Positions 9,931 through 19,519 of a stretch of DNA of 31,690 nt are shown here, one piece after another. The notes under the pieces are model-generated. The model was not told the DNA's origin and searched no databases. It saw nothing but the letters and a program-made list of their open reading frames with translations. The position numbers and the translations under genes were made by a program. Location: contig JBHLLU010000024.1 of the NCBI GenBank assembly GCA_048938895.1, positions 34,275 to 65,964 of the forward strand, given 5' to 3'. Source of the stretch: Promethearchaeota archaeon. GTDB lineage: Archaea > Asgardarchaeota > Lokiarchaeia > Sigyniarchaeales > SOKP01. The stretch's first letter is position 1, and the number at the start of each line of letters is the position of its first letter.

Positions 9931-11568
9931 TTATCTTAGACAAAAACCACATTTCCCGAAAGATTGAATTGTTTGTTCCCAACAGTGGTGATGATATGCC
10001 CTATTACAATGTGGGCATTCTGTATGGCAACTATCTTCACCTGCTATTTTTTTAGCACAACTTGGGCATTCTATTTTATGACAAATAACACAAGATACCA
10101 CAGATACCTCAAAGATTTTCTTTGAAATTAGATTAAATAAATCTACAAGATAGCTAAATGTTGTCCATTCTTTAAAGAAGTCGTTAAATGAAGCATGTAA
10201 ATCATTCTTAATTTTCTCATGAGCTTCAATTTCAAATTCGTTAACCACTTTAATTTCTGGCATTTTCATTGGATAATCAGTAGGTAAATTAATTTGAAAT
10301 TCAAAGGTAAGATCTTCTGTTTTCATTTTTCCTTGCATCTCTATATGAAGATTGGCATTGATTGGGTCATATCTTATATTTTTATAATGATCTTTTAATA
10401 GATCAATTTCAAAGTTAATTCTCGAATTCTTATCTACTAACCATGAAAGTTCTCTTATAATTTCTACAACATCTGACTCCTTTTCTATCCAATTTTTATA
10501 AGATTTTAATTCTGAGATAGGAACATTGATGATTTGTTTAAGTTCAGATGAGATTTCTATAATAGGGGGTTTTGGATAAGGTTCTAAATCGACATCTATA
10601 ATATATTCCTTGAAACCATATGTAACTAGATGTACTTTTATGGATGTTAAACTTTCTGAAATTTTATCACATTCATATTCTCCAGATATGTTTTTATACT
10701 GAGATTCAATTTCTTTGATGAAATAAAGCTTCTTTTCCAATTCTCGTATTATTTCTATAATATGAGTAGGTTTTTTTGAATCCCAGCTGCTCAGAGACAT
10801 TAAAGCAGAATCTGGATCTTTCAAAATGGTTTTTACCTCTTCCGGTAATGAAATTTTTGGTTTTTTTGGAAAATTAGTAAAATCTATTGAAATTACAAAT
10901 GTTTTTGTTAGTGTAATTGTAATATACACATTAATTTCGGCTGCGTTTGTTCCTTTTTGATCGTAAGCATACTCTTGTTGAATTAATCCAAGTTCTGTTG
11001 CCAATTCTAAACTCAAGTGTTCATTTTCATCATATATAGGTTCATCTGGTGATTCAACATTTTCTTTAGAAGGTTCTATACTCGTTTGCTCACTATAAAA
11101 TTTATTGTTGTCATAATTTGAAGGTGTGACATAGTATTCTGGTTGAAATTCTTCGGGATAGGCATTTAGATCAGGAGTGACATACTCCACCTCATTTAAA
11201 TTTTCATAATTATCTCCGATTGTCTCCAAAGTGTCAATTTCTTCTTCTGATTGCTTTTTAATGTTATGCAATTTCTCTTGTATTTGTTTCTCGAGTTCCT
11301 TAACGATGTCAACTACATTATTCTCCGGTCTCCATTTCTGAAATTTCTCTAATTGGATTTCTCCTAATAATTCTTTTATTTCATTATGGAATTTCAAGTG
11401 AGGGGGTTTGTTTGGGAATGTTTCATCAAATTTTATCTCTAATTCATATTTTTTTTCTGGTGTTTCATATACATACCCATATAAATGAGCAATATTACCA
11501 GAAACCATCCAAAAAGAGAATTCCTTTGCTATTCTCTGGGCTTCTTTCAGTATTCGTTCTTTCTCCAA
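9931..11568 (-). CDS. Multi-UBC-like (UEV/RWD) domain protein with C-terminal C4HC3 RING-type zinc finger; putative E3 ubiquitin ligase
   Basis: Four repeats of the beta-strand + (F/Y)PxxP(P) motif, each followed by W...(V/I)(V/I)(D/E)(I/L) helix. C-terminal CVIC...CPHC....HHHCW........CGFC. TTG start. Confidence 0.7.
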   Translation of the reverse strand: MEKERILKEAQRIAKEFSFWMVSGNIAHLYGYVYETPEKKYELEIKFDETFPNKPPHLKFHNEIKELLGEIQLEKFQKWRPENNVVDIVKELEKQIQEKLHNIKKQSEEEIDTLETIGDNYENLNEVEYVTPDLNAYPEEFQPEYYVTPSNYDNNKFYSEQTSIEPSKENVESPDEPIYDENEHLSLELATELGLIQQEYAYDQKGTNAAEINVYITITLTKTFVISIDFTNFPKKPKISLPEEVKTILKDPDSALMSLSSWDSKKPTHIIEIIRELEKKLYFIKEIESQYKNISGEYECDKISESLTSIKVHLVTYGFKEYIIDVDLEPYPKPPIIEISSELKQIINVPISELKSYKNWIEKESDVVEIIRELSWLVDKNSRINFEIDLLKDHYKNIRYDPINANLHIEMQGKMKTEDLTFEFQINLPTDYPMKMPEIKVVNEFEIEAHEKIKNDLHASFNDFFKEWTTFSYLVDLFNLISKKIFEVSVVSCVICHKIECPSCAKKIAGEDSCHTECPHCNRAYHHHCWEQTIQSFGKCGFCLR

Positions 11569-11676
11569 GCCATTCTCACATAATTCGAGTTATATTCTAT
11601 ATATGAAACATAGACTTTCTTCTTAAAAATCTTTACAATACCGTGAAATAATGAGGAAGGATTAGTTTTTCTAAAT

Positions 11677-12456
11677 TTAAGTTTTTAAATAATATGTTTT
11701 CGCTCTATTTCTAAATTCCTCACTAAAAATTTTATGAGTTATTCTCTTGATTTTGGGAAAAACATAAAATTTTATAAACAATAGAACGATTTTAAGTAGA
11801 TAATTCTTAATTTTAATAAAAGATTCCCCTTGATCTCTCGGTTTTAGTTTAATCGCAATTTCTTTATATTTATAATACGGAACAATTTTAAAAAGCATTT
11901 CTTGAGTCAGAGAATATTCTGATTCGAATTCCAATTCTTGTAATAATTTTGAAGATAATGCTCTAAAACCATTTGTAGGATCTGAGATTTTTCTTCGTAA
12001 AAATAGGAAGTAGAAAGCAGTCATTAATTTAGAACAAAGTTTTCTATTAGGATCCATATCATAATAATATTTAAATCGATTACCAATCACAAATTCAATA
12101 CTATCCTCTAAAATTGGTGTTATAAAATCAGTTATATATTTAGGGGGGTGTTGCCCATCAGCATCTAAAATGATTGCTATATCCATATTGTTTTCTCTGC
12201 AATATTCCAATCCTGTTTTTGTAGCAGCTCCATTACCTCTATTTTTAGGATGTTTAAGAAGTGTGATATTATATTGACTTACAATTTCACTAGTCTTATC
12301 TTTTGACCCATCATCAACTACAATTACACTTAGTTTATCAGAAACGTTATTTGGAATTTGATCAAGTGTTTTTCCAATGTTTAATTCTTCATTAAAAGCG
12401 GGAATCACCACACCAACTTTTAATCCTTGAAATCTATAGGTATTCTCCCCAGTCAT
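11677..12456 (-). CDS. Glycosyltransferase family 2 (polyprenol-phosphate glycosyltransferase / DPM-like)
   Basis: VVIPAFNEE, IVVDDGSKDKT, NRGNGAA, LDADGQHPP, VIGNRF, ISDPTNGFRA. Confidence 0.9.
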   Translation of the reverse strand: MTGENTYRFQGLKVGVVIPAFNEELNIGKTLDQIPNNVSDKLSVIVVDDGSKDKTSEIVSQYNITLLKHPKNRGNGAATKTGLEYCRENNMDIAIILDADGQHPPKYITDFITPILEDSIEFVIGNRFKYYYDMDPNRKLCSKLMTAFYFLFLRRKISDPTNGFRALSSKLLQELEFESEYSLTQEMLFKIVPYYKYKEIAIKLKPRDQGESFIKIKNYLLKIVLLFIKFYVFPKIKRITHKIFSEEFRNRAKTYYLKT

Positions 12457-12743
12457 AATACTTTTATTTGGTAAATTTGACTTCTAAGAAGACAATGATG
12501 GTTTCGGATTATTAACTTAATCTTTATTTAAAATCAATTAATAGAATTATTTTAAGATGAAATCTATTATATATTTTGATATGTGTTAAAATATTCCGTT
12601 ATATAAAATAATAATCATTTAACAAAAGAAATTTGAATTTTACGTGAGACACTCCTATTACCTTTCTTTTTGCATTATTCTTTAATGGTATTTCCTTAAA
12701 CTGAAAAGATAATTTAAAAATTATTTCATTCTTTTTCTTAAAT

Positions 12744-13913
12744 ATGGGAAAAAAGTTGAAAAAAATCTGTTATGTTAATCCCGGAATTAACATCAGAAGA
12801 CCAATTTCCTTTATAATGAATTCACTGAAAAAAAAAGAATATAAAGTTTCAATTTTAACCCCTAGAAAGAAACTTGCAGGAAAAAGAGAAAAAACAAGAC
12901 ATTATGACGACTTTGAAAGAATTAATTTGTTAACTTATCCTGTGTGGACTAAGAGTTCAGGATTTATTTGGCCGATCCCTACAAATTTTGACTTTTTTAG
13001 AAAATGCTGGAAAGCTTTGAAAGAAAATGATATAATTCAAGTATGGGTTCCTTTTTATCCAAATACATTTATCACTTGTTTGTTAAAACTTCTTTTCTTC
13101 AAAAAAAAAACATTGATTTTGACGATGGACACTTTTCCCGCTTATTCTTTTAAAACATCCCCAACTCTAGACATTCTTTTTAAATTGTTTTTTAAAACAG
13201 TTGGAAAGATAGCCTTTATTGCTTCGAATTTTATCTGCATTTACGGGGAATCATTTGTAAAGTATTCAAAAAAAGCGGGGGCACCTCAAAGTAAGATTAG
13301 GATAACACCTACAGGAATAAGTTTAAATCCTAAACCCGCAGAAAAAAATATACGAAACTTGTTTTCTATAAAAGAAGACGATAGAATTGTCCTCTTTGTG
13401 GGTCTTCATAACAATCGAAAAGGTATTGATTTAATTATTAAAACAGTAAATGTTCTTAAGAATGAAAAGATTAAATTTATGTTAGTAGGAGATGGTCCAG
13501 AGAGGAATAAAGGGATTCAATTAGTTAAAGAATTAAATTTAGATAAGAAAGTTATATTTACAGGCACCAGACTTGATGTGCATAATTTCTACGCGAATGC
13601 AGACGTTTTCTTTCTCCCAAGTCGTGGGGAAGGATTAGCTGGTGTTTTAATGGAAGCAATGATTTATCAAGTACCTATAATCACAAGCAATATCGCAGGG
13701 ACTAGGGATTTAGTGATACATATGAATAATGGGTTATTATGTGAAGTAGAAAATTATATATGTTATGCTAGAAAAATAAAAGAACTTTTAAATACCCCAG
13801 AATTAGCTCAGAAATTCAAATCGAATGGATTAAAAATGATTAAAGATCATTATTTATGGGAAAAGAATATTCAGAATTTTATAAGAATTTATGATCAAGT
13901 GAATAATTATTAA
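12744..13913 (+). CDS. Glycosyltransferase family 4 (GT-B)
   Basis: LFVG.....KG, LVGDGPER, ADVFFLPSRGEGLAGVLMEAM (Ex7E), NNGLL. Confidence 0.9.
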   Translation: MGKKLKKICYVNPGINIRRPISFIMNSLKKKEYKVSILTPRKKLAGKREKTRHYDDFERINLLTYPVWTKSSGFIWPIPTNFDFFRKCWKALKENDIIQVWVPFYPNTFITCLLKLLFFKKKTLILTMDTFPAYSFKTSPTLDILFKLFFKTVGKIAFIASNFICIYGESFVKYSKKAGAPQSKIRITPTGISLNPKPAEKNIRNLFSIKEDDRIVLFVGLHNNRKGIDLIIKTVNVLKNEKIKFMLVGDGPERNKGIQLVKELNLDKKVIFTGTRLDVHNFYANADVFFLPSRGEGLAGVLMEAMIYQVPIITSNIAGTRDLVIHMNNGLLCEVENYICYARKIKELLNTPELAQKFKSNGLKMIKDHYLWEKNIQNFIRIYDQVNNY

Positions 13914-14016
13914 TCCTATTAAAACCTATCAGCTGGGTTGGTGCTTCAGATTTTAATAAAATAATTATTCTCTCTTTTATTATTTCTTTATTAAATAAGT
14001 GACAATTATAAAAATC

Positions 14017-14985
14017 ATGATTAAAAATAAAAACATCTTGATTACAGGTGGAGCAGGATTTATTGGGACTCACCTTTTTGAAACTCTTATACAAGAAAAC
14101 AATTATATTGAAGTATTAGATAATTTCAATCGATGTTATTATTCGGGAAAAGAAGAGAATTTTGCAGGTGTATCACAAGATTATGAAATTTTACAAGATT
14201 ATAATATTATCAAAGGAGATTTATTAGATCGCTCCACTTATAACGAAATTTCAGAAGATGTTGAAATTATCTTCCATCTTGCAGCTCATGCAGGAGTGCA
14301 ATATTCAATGCAAAATGTTGAGCAAGTTACAAAAAATAATATAGAGGGATTATTAAATCTCTTTGAATTTGTAAAAAAAAAGGAAGTTCAAAAGTTTGTT
14401 TTTGCATCATCTTCTACTGTTTATGGTAATCCTCTGTATACCCCTGTAGATGAAGATCATCCTAAAAATCCAATATGTCCCTATGGGTTATCAAAATTAT
14501 GTGGCGAGATTTATGCTGATTATTATTTTAGAGAATATTCTATTCCCATAAGTTCACTTAGATTTTACTCTGTATATGGTCCAAGAGGAAGACCAGATAT
14601 GGTTGTGGGAAAATTTTTCGATCTAATTTTACAAAATAAAGAATTGGAAATATACGGGGATGGAGAGCAATTAAGAGATTTTACATATGTTTCCGATATA
14701 GTTGACGGATTAATATTGGCATCTGAAAAAAGAGAATCCTCAGGTCAAGCATTTAATTTAGGTTTGTCTAACCCAATTTCCATTAATCAATTAGTAAACA
14801 AAATTTATGATATATCAAATAAACCTAAGAATGTTAGATATTATGAAAAAAAGAAAGGTGACATGGACATAACCCATGCAGACATAAGTAAAGCAAAAAA
14901 TTTATTAAATTATAATCCTAAAATCAATATTGATGAGGGATTACAAAGAACTTATAATTGGTTTAAGGAACATCAAGGAATTTAA
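14017..14985 (+). CDS. NAD-dependent epimerase, UDP-glucuronate 4-epimerase-like
   Basis: ILITGGAGFIG, HLAAHAGVQYS, ASSSTVYG, YGLSK, LRFYSVYGPRGRPDM (characteristic of the UDP-GlcA epimerase group). ATG 14017 preferred to GTG 13999. Confidence 0.85.
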   Translation: MIKNKNILITGGAGFIGTHLFETLIQENNYIEVLDNFNRCYYSGKEENFAGVSQDYEILQDYNIIKGDLLDRSTYNEISEDVEIIFHLAAHAGVQYSMQNVEQVTKNNIEGLLNLFEFVKKKEVQKFVFASSSTVYGNPLYTPVDEDHPKNPICPYGLSKLCGEIYADYYFREYSIPISSLRFYSVYGPRGRPDMVVGKFFDLILQNKELEIYGDGEQLRDFTYVSDIVDGLILASEKRESSGQAFNLGLSNPISINQLVNKIYDISNKPKNVRYYEKKKGDMDITHADISKAKNLLNYNPKINIDEGLQRTYNWFKEHQGI

Positions 14986-15000
14986 TTAAATTTCAAATGG

Positions 15001-16626
15001 TTAATTTCGTGTAAATTTTTTAACAACTCTCAACCCTTTTATAAGATATTTATCAAAAAATCTCTTCTTATTTAAGAAAGATTCAAAACTATTGATATCA
15101 GAAGTAGTAACTGTTTTAAGCATAAAATTAAAAAATATAAACAGTATTATAAAGATGCTAATTGAAATAAAATCAAAATTCTTAAATAATGTTAGTCCTA
15201 AATCTTCGATTAAGTTAAGACTGACATCTTTAATTAAAAATTCTTTTAAAAGGATTGTAATAACTAAAGGTCCAAAAAATGTCAAATATTGAATTAGGAT
15301 TTTTTTGATATTTAATTTGATATTTCCAAATCTGTAGGTCGCGTATATTTGAATAACCATCGATATTAAATTTCCTATTATTAGACCATACAAAATTGCC
15401 CCTTCAACCCCGCCAAAATAGAGTCCCATAAAAAATAAAGGAATGCTAATTGATGTATAGAGAATCCTTAAAACTAACGATAATTTCACTTTATGTTGAG
15501 CATTTAAATGACTCTGCACAAATGAAGCTAAAATTTTAAAGATTGTTGCTAGTAGTATTAAGCGAAGGAAATTTGAAAAAATAAGGCGACCTTCAAGAAA
15601 TAGAAAATCTAAAACAAACTCAACACTGAAGAATAGGATTCCGGAAATAAACAAGATTAGAAATAATGTCATTCTATAAGCAATTTTATAAATTCTATCA
15701 ATCTGTTCATAGTTTTCTTTTACATTTAAGGTTGTAAAAGAATTTAATAAGGGAAATTGGAACGATTTTATTGAATATTCACTTAATTTTTGATAATTTA
15801 AGGATATATTGAAACCTGTGGCAGCATTTGGTGAAATAAAACCAATTCCCTGAAGTTGAAATTCTCTCCAGACTTTCTCGAACATATCTGTTGCTGCTGT
15901 TGCCCCACCATATCTAAACATCTTAATTAAATCCTCTTTAAATGAATCAGGCTCATTACCTGTGGGTTTAATTCTAAAGACCATAATAAATAGAAAAAGA
16001 CTATTACCCACAAGTGAAATAGTGCTTGATATCAGGATAATCCATGCTGCTACTCCAATTTCAACATTAATTCCTTTGATATATAAAATTAAAAGAGGTA
16101 TTATCTGAAGTCCATCTTTCACAATTACAAAGATTAAGTTATATTTGAATTTATTGAAACCACGATTTATCGCTGTCACAATAAAGTTGAGGCTATTTAC
16201 GAAGATTAATGGTGATAATATATAAAAAAGGGCTACAGTATCAGTATCAAAGAAATTTCTAAGCAGAGTAATTAAAAGTACACTAAATATGAAAATCGGG
16301 ATTAAAAACCCTAATTTAATAATGAATGCATTTTTAATTACAGATTTTATCTTTGTGTTTTCATTTAAAGCTCGATATCTTGGAATATAATAATTTAAAG
16401 CAAAACTATAACCCGGAGGTAATAGCCCGGAGATAGTGACAGTAATTGTGATGAATGAAGTAGCTATTATTAGAAAGCCCCATATCTCATCTGAAAATAA
16501 TCGTGCTAAAAGAAAAGAATATATAAATGTAAAGAACAGGGAAACATAATTAATCATAAAGGAAAAGAGCGTATTAGAAGCTAATGTTCTATACTCTGAA
16601 TTGCCTTCAGATAATGGTTCTTTCAT
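15001..16626 (-). CDS. Oligosaccharide flippase (Wzx/RfbX, MOP superfamily)
   Basis: About 13-14 hydrophobic segments. N-terminal 'LASNTLFSF...LLARLFSDEIWG...ALNYYIPRY' pattern and 'GGVEGA' near TM12. Glycan-locus context. Confidence 0.8.
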   Translation of the reverse strand: MKEPLSEGNSEYRTLASNTLFSFMINYVSLFFTFIYSFLLARLFSDEIWGFLIIATSFITITVTISGLLPPGYSFALNYYIPRYRALNENTKIKSVIKNAFIIKLGFLIPIFIFSVLLITLLRNFFDTDTVALFYILSPLIFVNSLNFIVTAINRGFNKFKYNLIFVIVKDGLQIIPLLILYIKGINVEIGVAAWIILISSTISLVGNSLFLFIMVFRIKPTGNEPDSFKEDLIKMFRYGGATAATDMFEKVWREFQLQGIGFISPNAATGFNISLNYQKLSEYSIKSFQFPLLNSFTTLNVKENYEQIDRIYKIAYRMTLFLILFISGILFFSVEFVLDFLFLEGRLIFSNFLRLILLATIFKILASFVQSHLNAQHKVKLSLVLRILYTSISIPLFFMGLYFGGVEGAILYGLIIGNLISMVIQIYATYRFGNIKLNIKKILIQYLTFFGPLVITILLKEFLIKDVSLNLIEDLGLTLFKNFDFISISIFIILFIFFNFMLKTVTTSDINSFESFLNKKRFFDKYLIKGLRVVKKFTRN

Positions 16627-16850
16627 AATTAACTACTTCTATACTAATTACTAAATTTTTTTTAAAATTAAATTAAAAAATGAAAATATTAAATTTCAAA
16701 TTAATTTTGTGTTATTCTTATTTTTGGGAAAAATTATGTTTTTATTAATCTAAGATAATTTTATGAATTTTCAATTATTTACAAAATTAATTTTGTAAAA
16801 AAAGTTATTTCAAATTAAAGAATTTAAATTTAGGAATATTCTAAGGTATC

Positions 16851-17759
16851 TTGCCAGTACTTGAAAAGTTCCGTGTTGATTTTATCGGAATCGGTGTAAT
16901 GAAAGCAGCATCCTCATGGATTTTTGAATGTCTTAGAGAACACCCCGAAATATGCATGTGTTCCGAAAAGGAACCACATTTTTTTGATTGGCCATTTAGG
17001 TATAAGAAGGGCTTAAAATATTATTCTTCTCTTTTTAGTCATTGTTCTCAAGATAAATTAAAGGGAGAATTTACAGCTAGTTATATTCGCTTTCCAGAAG
17101 CCCTATTGTTAATAAAAAAGCACTTTCCTAATGTAAAATTAATAATTTCATTAAGAAATCCAATTGATAGAGCTATGTCTCAGTATAAATATAATGTACA
17201 ACTAGGTGGAAGGTTAAGTATTTATAAAGATTTTAGAGAAGCTCTTGAAAATGATGAAGATAATATTGTCGAAAGAGGTTTTTATTTCAAGCAATTACAA
17301 AGTTGTTTCGATATTTTCCCAAAAGAACAAGTATTAATCTTGCTTTTCGATGATATTAAAAGCAATCCATTTTTGTTTTTACAACAAATCTATAGATTCT
17401 TAGAATTAAAAGATCTAAATTTTATGCCTAGTCTTTTAAATAAAAAAGTATTACAAACGGGGAGTAAGTCAGCACAGAATAAAATCCCCTTTTTATCAAC
17501 TATTATATTTGGAATGGGGAATTTGATAAATAAATATTCTAAATTAAAGTATATTATATCCACAAGTCAATTTATGGAATATATTAGAAGAATTGTAAAT
17601 TTTAACAGAAAATTTTCATTTCAAGAGAAGGAGAATGAAACTTTAAAAATCAAGGTTGATAATGAAACACGAGAATATCTTTACGAGATTTATAGAGAGG
17701 ATATTGAAAAATTAGAAATATTTCTAGATCGGGATTTAAGGTCTTGGAAAATTGCATAA
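16851..17759 (+). CDS. PAPS-dependent sulfotransferase (heparan-sulfate N/3-O-sulfotransferase-like fold)
   Basis: 5'-PSB loop FIGIGVMKAASSW, KEPHFFD, GEFTASY, 3'-PB SLRNPIDRAMSQY, C-terminal Y..DI.KL..FL.RDL.SW; TTG start. Confidence 0.88.
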   Translation: MPVLEKFRVDFIGIGVMKAASSWIFECLREHPEICMCSEKEPHFFDWPFRYKKGLKYYSSLFSHCSQDKLKGEFTASYIRFPEALLLIKKHFPNVKLIISLRNPIDRAMSQYKYNVQLGGRLSIYKDFREALENDEDNIVERGFYFKQLQSCFDIFPKEQVLILLFDDIKSNPFLFLQQIYRFLELKDLNFMPSLLNKKVLQTGSKSAQNKIPFLSTIIFGMGNLINKYSKLKYIISTSQFMEYIRRIVNFNRKFSFQEKENETLKIKVDNETREYLYEIYREDIEKLEIFLDRDLRSWKIA

Positions 17760-17891
17760 TAAATCTTTATTTTTTGGTATTTAACATTTTAATCAAATTT
17801 TTAACCTTATAGTAATTCTCCTTAATACAATAGTTCAATTAAATCATAAACCTGCTAATCTAATTAACTATTTAATAGGTAGGATGCTTAA

Positions 17892-19400
17892 ATGAATATC
17901 TTCTGGATTGTAACTGATTCAATATGCAATTATGAAAGATCTGATCTACATGGATTACTCCCAATCTATAAGACACTAAAAAATAGCAATGAAGGTTTTT
18001 ATTTTGAAAATGCTCTAGCTCAATTTCCCTCAACAGTACTCTCTATTTTTTCCTTTTTAACTGGTAGATTTCCATATTATATCTTTTCAGATTTTGATAA
18101 ATTAACTAAAACACTCCCGAGTTTAAAAGATAGAAATTTTATAACTCAATTAAAATACAACGGGTATAATATAGAATCTATTTTATTCTGGAGAGAAGGT
18201 GTGGATTTCCTTAAAGAAATTCTTAACCCTTATGATGATAGGGAAATTTTTAAGGGAGATCATTGGCTTGATGCCAAAGAAATTTATGATATCTTCCTAA
18301 AGCAAATTAAACGATTGAAAATTGATGAAGACAATTTTTATTTTATCTTTTTTAGGCCAAGCGATCCTCAAACTGATTTTTGTTTAACAGAAATTATTAA
18401 ATATTTAGAAGACAATTCTCTGTGGAAAGAATCAATATTCATTCTGAATTCAGATCACGGATTTTATGATAAGAACCTTTATAAAAGAATTAAATTATTG
18501 CATTTTGATGATATTCATCAGAGTTCATTACGTTCTGCAATGTTTATGAAAATTCCTTTAAGTTTAACCAATACTTCACCAAGAATTATTGAAAAACGAG
18601 TGTACTTATTCGATATCATGGAGACAGTTTTGGATTATTTAGGTTTTCAGATAGATTATGAACGGGAATCTCTATCATTTAAAGATTTGATTGAAAAAAA
18701 AATTGACATCAATATTACTCGAAAAGTAAGATCAGATTGTTATTTGATATTTCAATCAATTGAAAAAGCTGCAATTTTTCAAAATGATTGGAAGCTTTAT
18801 ATTAACAATGGAAAATATTCCTTATTTGATCTTTCTAAAGATCCACTTGAGAAGAAGGATGTAAGCAAGGTGAATCCAAGAATTTATAAAGATTTATATA
18901 ATTTTTATCTAACAACTGAAGTGCAAGCAAGTGATATTTTCATCTCTGGCTTAAATGATTTTTTTGATGATTCTGTTTTAAAAGGCTTAAAATCAGAATA
19001 CATTTATCTCCCTGATCAATTTCCCCCACAAATTGTAAAATTTCTCAAAGAGCAACTTAAAATCAATAATAAAATAATTTCTCCCATGGAATTAAAAAAC
19101 AATGCCTTATTTAAGAAACAGAAAAATCTAGTTACAATTCTGATTTTCAACAGAATGACAGGATATGGCATAAAAAGGTTACGGAGAAAATTACGAAAGT
19201 ATACTAAGCGTTTCATATTTATAGATACTTCATTATCAGATGCCTCAGGCAGAGCAAACCAAGCAGGATATGTAAAATTTATCATTAATTCGATAATCAA
19301 AAGAAGAAGTCAATTATTTCAAAGATGGAAGGAAATTCTAGTATGGATTTTATATTTCCCCTTTTATTTTAATATGCAGATTAGAAAGTATTATAATTAA
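17892..19400 (+). CDS. Sulfatase-like hydrolase/transferase (alkaline phosphatase superfamily) with basic/hydrophobic C-terminal extension
   Basis: NIFWIVTDS, FENALAQFPSTVLSIFSFLTG, ILNSDHG, FDIMETVLDYLG, LFDLSKDPLEKKDV. Confidence 0.75.
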   Translation: MNIFWIVTDSICNYERSDLHGLLPIYKTLKNSNEGFYFENALAQFPSTVLSIFSFLTGRFPYYIFSDFDKLTKTLPSLKDRNFITQLKYNGYNIESILFWREGVDFLKEILNPYDDREIFKGDHWLDAKEIYDIFLKQIKRLKIDEDNFYFIFFRPSDPQTDFCLTEIIKYLEDNSLWKESIFILNSDHGFYDKNLYKRIKLLHFDDIHQSSLRSAMFMKIPLSLTNTSPRIIEKRVYLFDIMETVLDYLGFQIDYERESLSFKDLIEKKIDINITRKVRSDCYLIFQSIEKAAIFQNDWKLYINNGKYSLFDLSKDPLEKKDVSKVNPRIYKDLYNFYLTTEVQASDIFISGLNDFFDDSVLKGLKSEYIYLPDQFPPQIVKFLKEQLKINNKIISPMELKNNALFKKQKNLVTILIFNRMTGYGIKRLRRKLRKYTKRFIFIDTSLSDASGRANQAGYVKFIINSIIKRRSQLFQRWKEILVWILYFPFYFNMQIRKYYN

Positions 19401-19519
19401 ATTTATTATCCCTTGAAGACGATTTTAAATAGCCTTTTAGACTTATTTTTCTTAGAAATTAGTTGAGAAACAGTTCAAAAAAGATTTATGTTATTATGGT
19501 ATTATTTTAACTAGACATC

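Noticed and set aside
9931-11568. Active E2 enzyme or ESCRT-I Vps23/TSG101 call
   Set aside because: No HPN/catalytic Cys, no steadiness box recognised, and no ESCRT genes nearby.
12457-12743. AT-rich intergenic gaps (also 3127-3305, 16627-16850) as possible ncRNA or mobile-element scars
   Set aside because: They lie between divergent genes and fit promoter regions. No GC-rich stems, tRNA folds or terminal repeats were seen.
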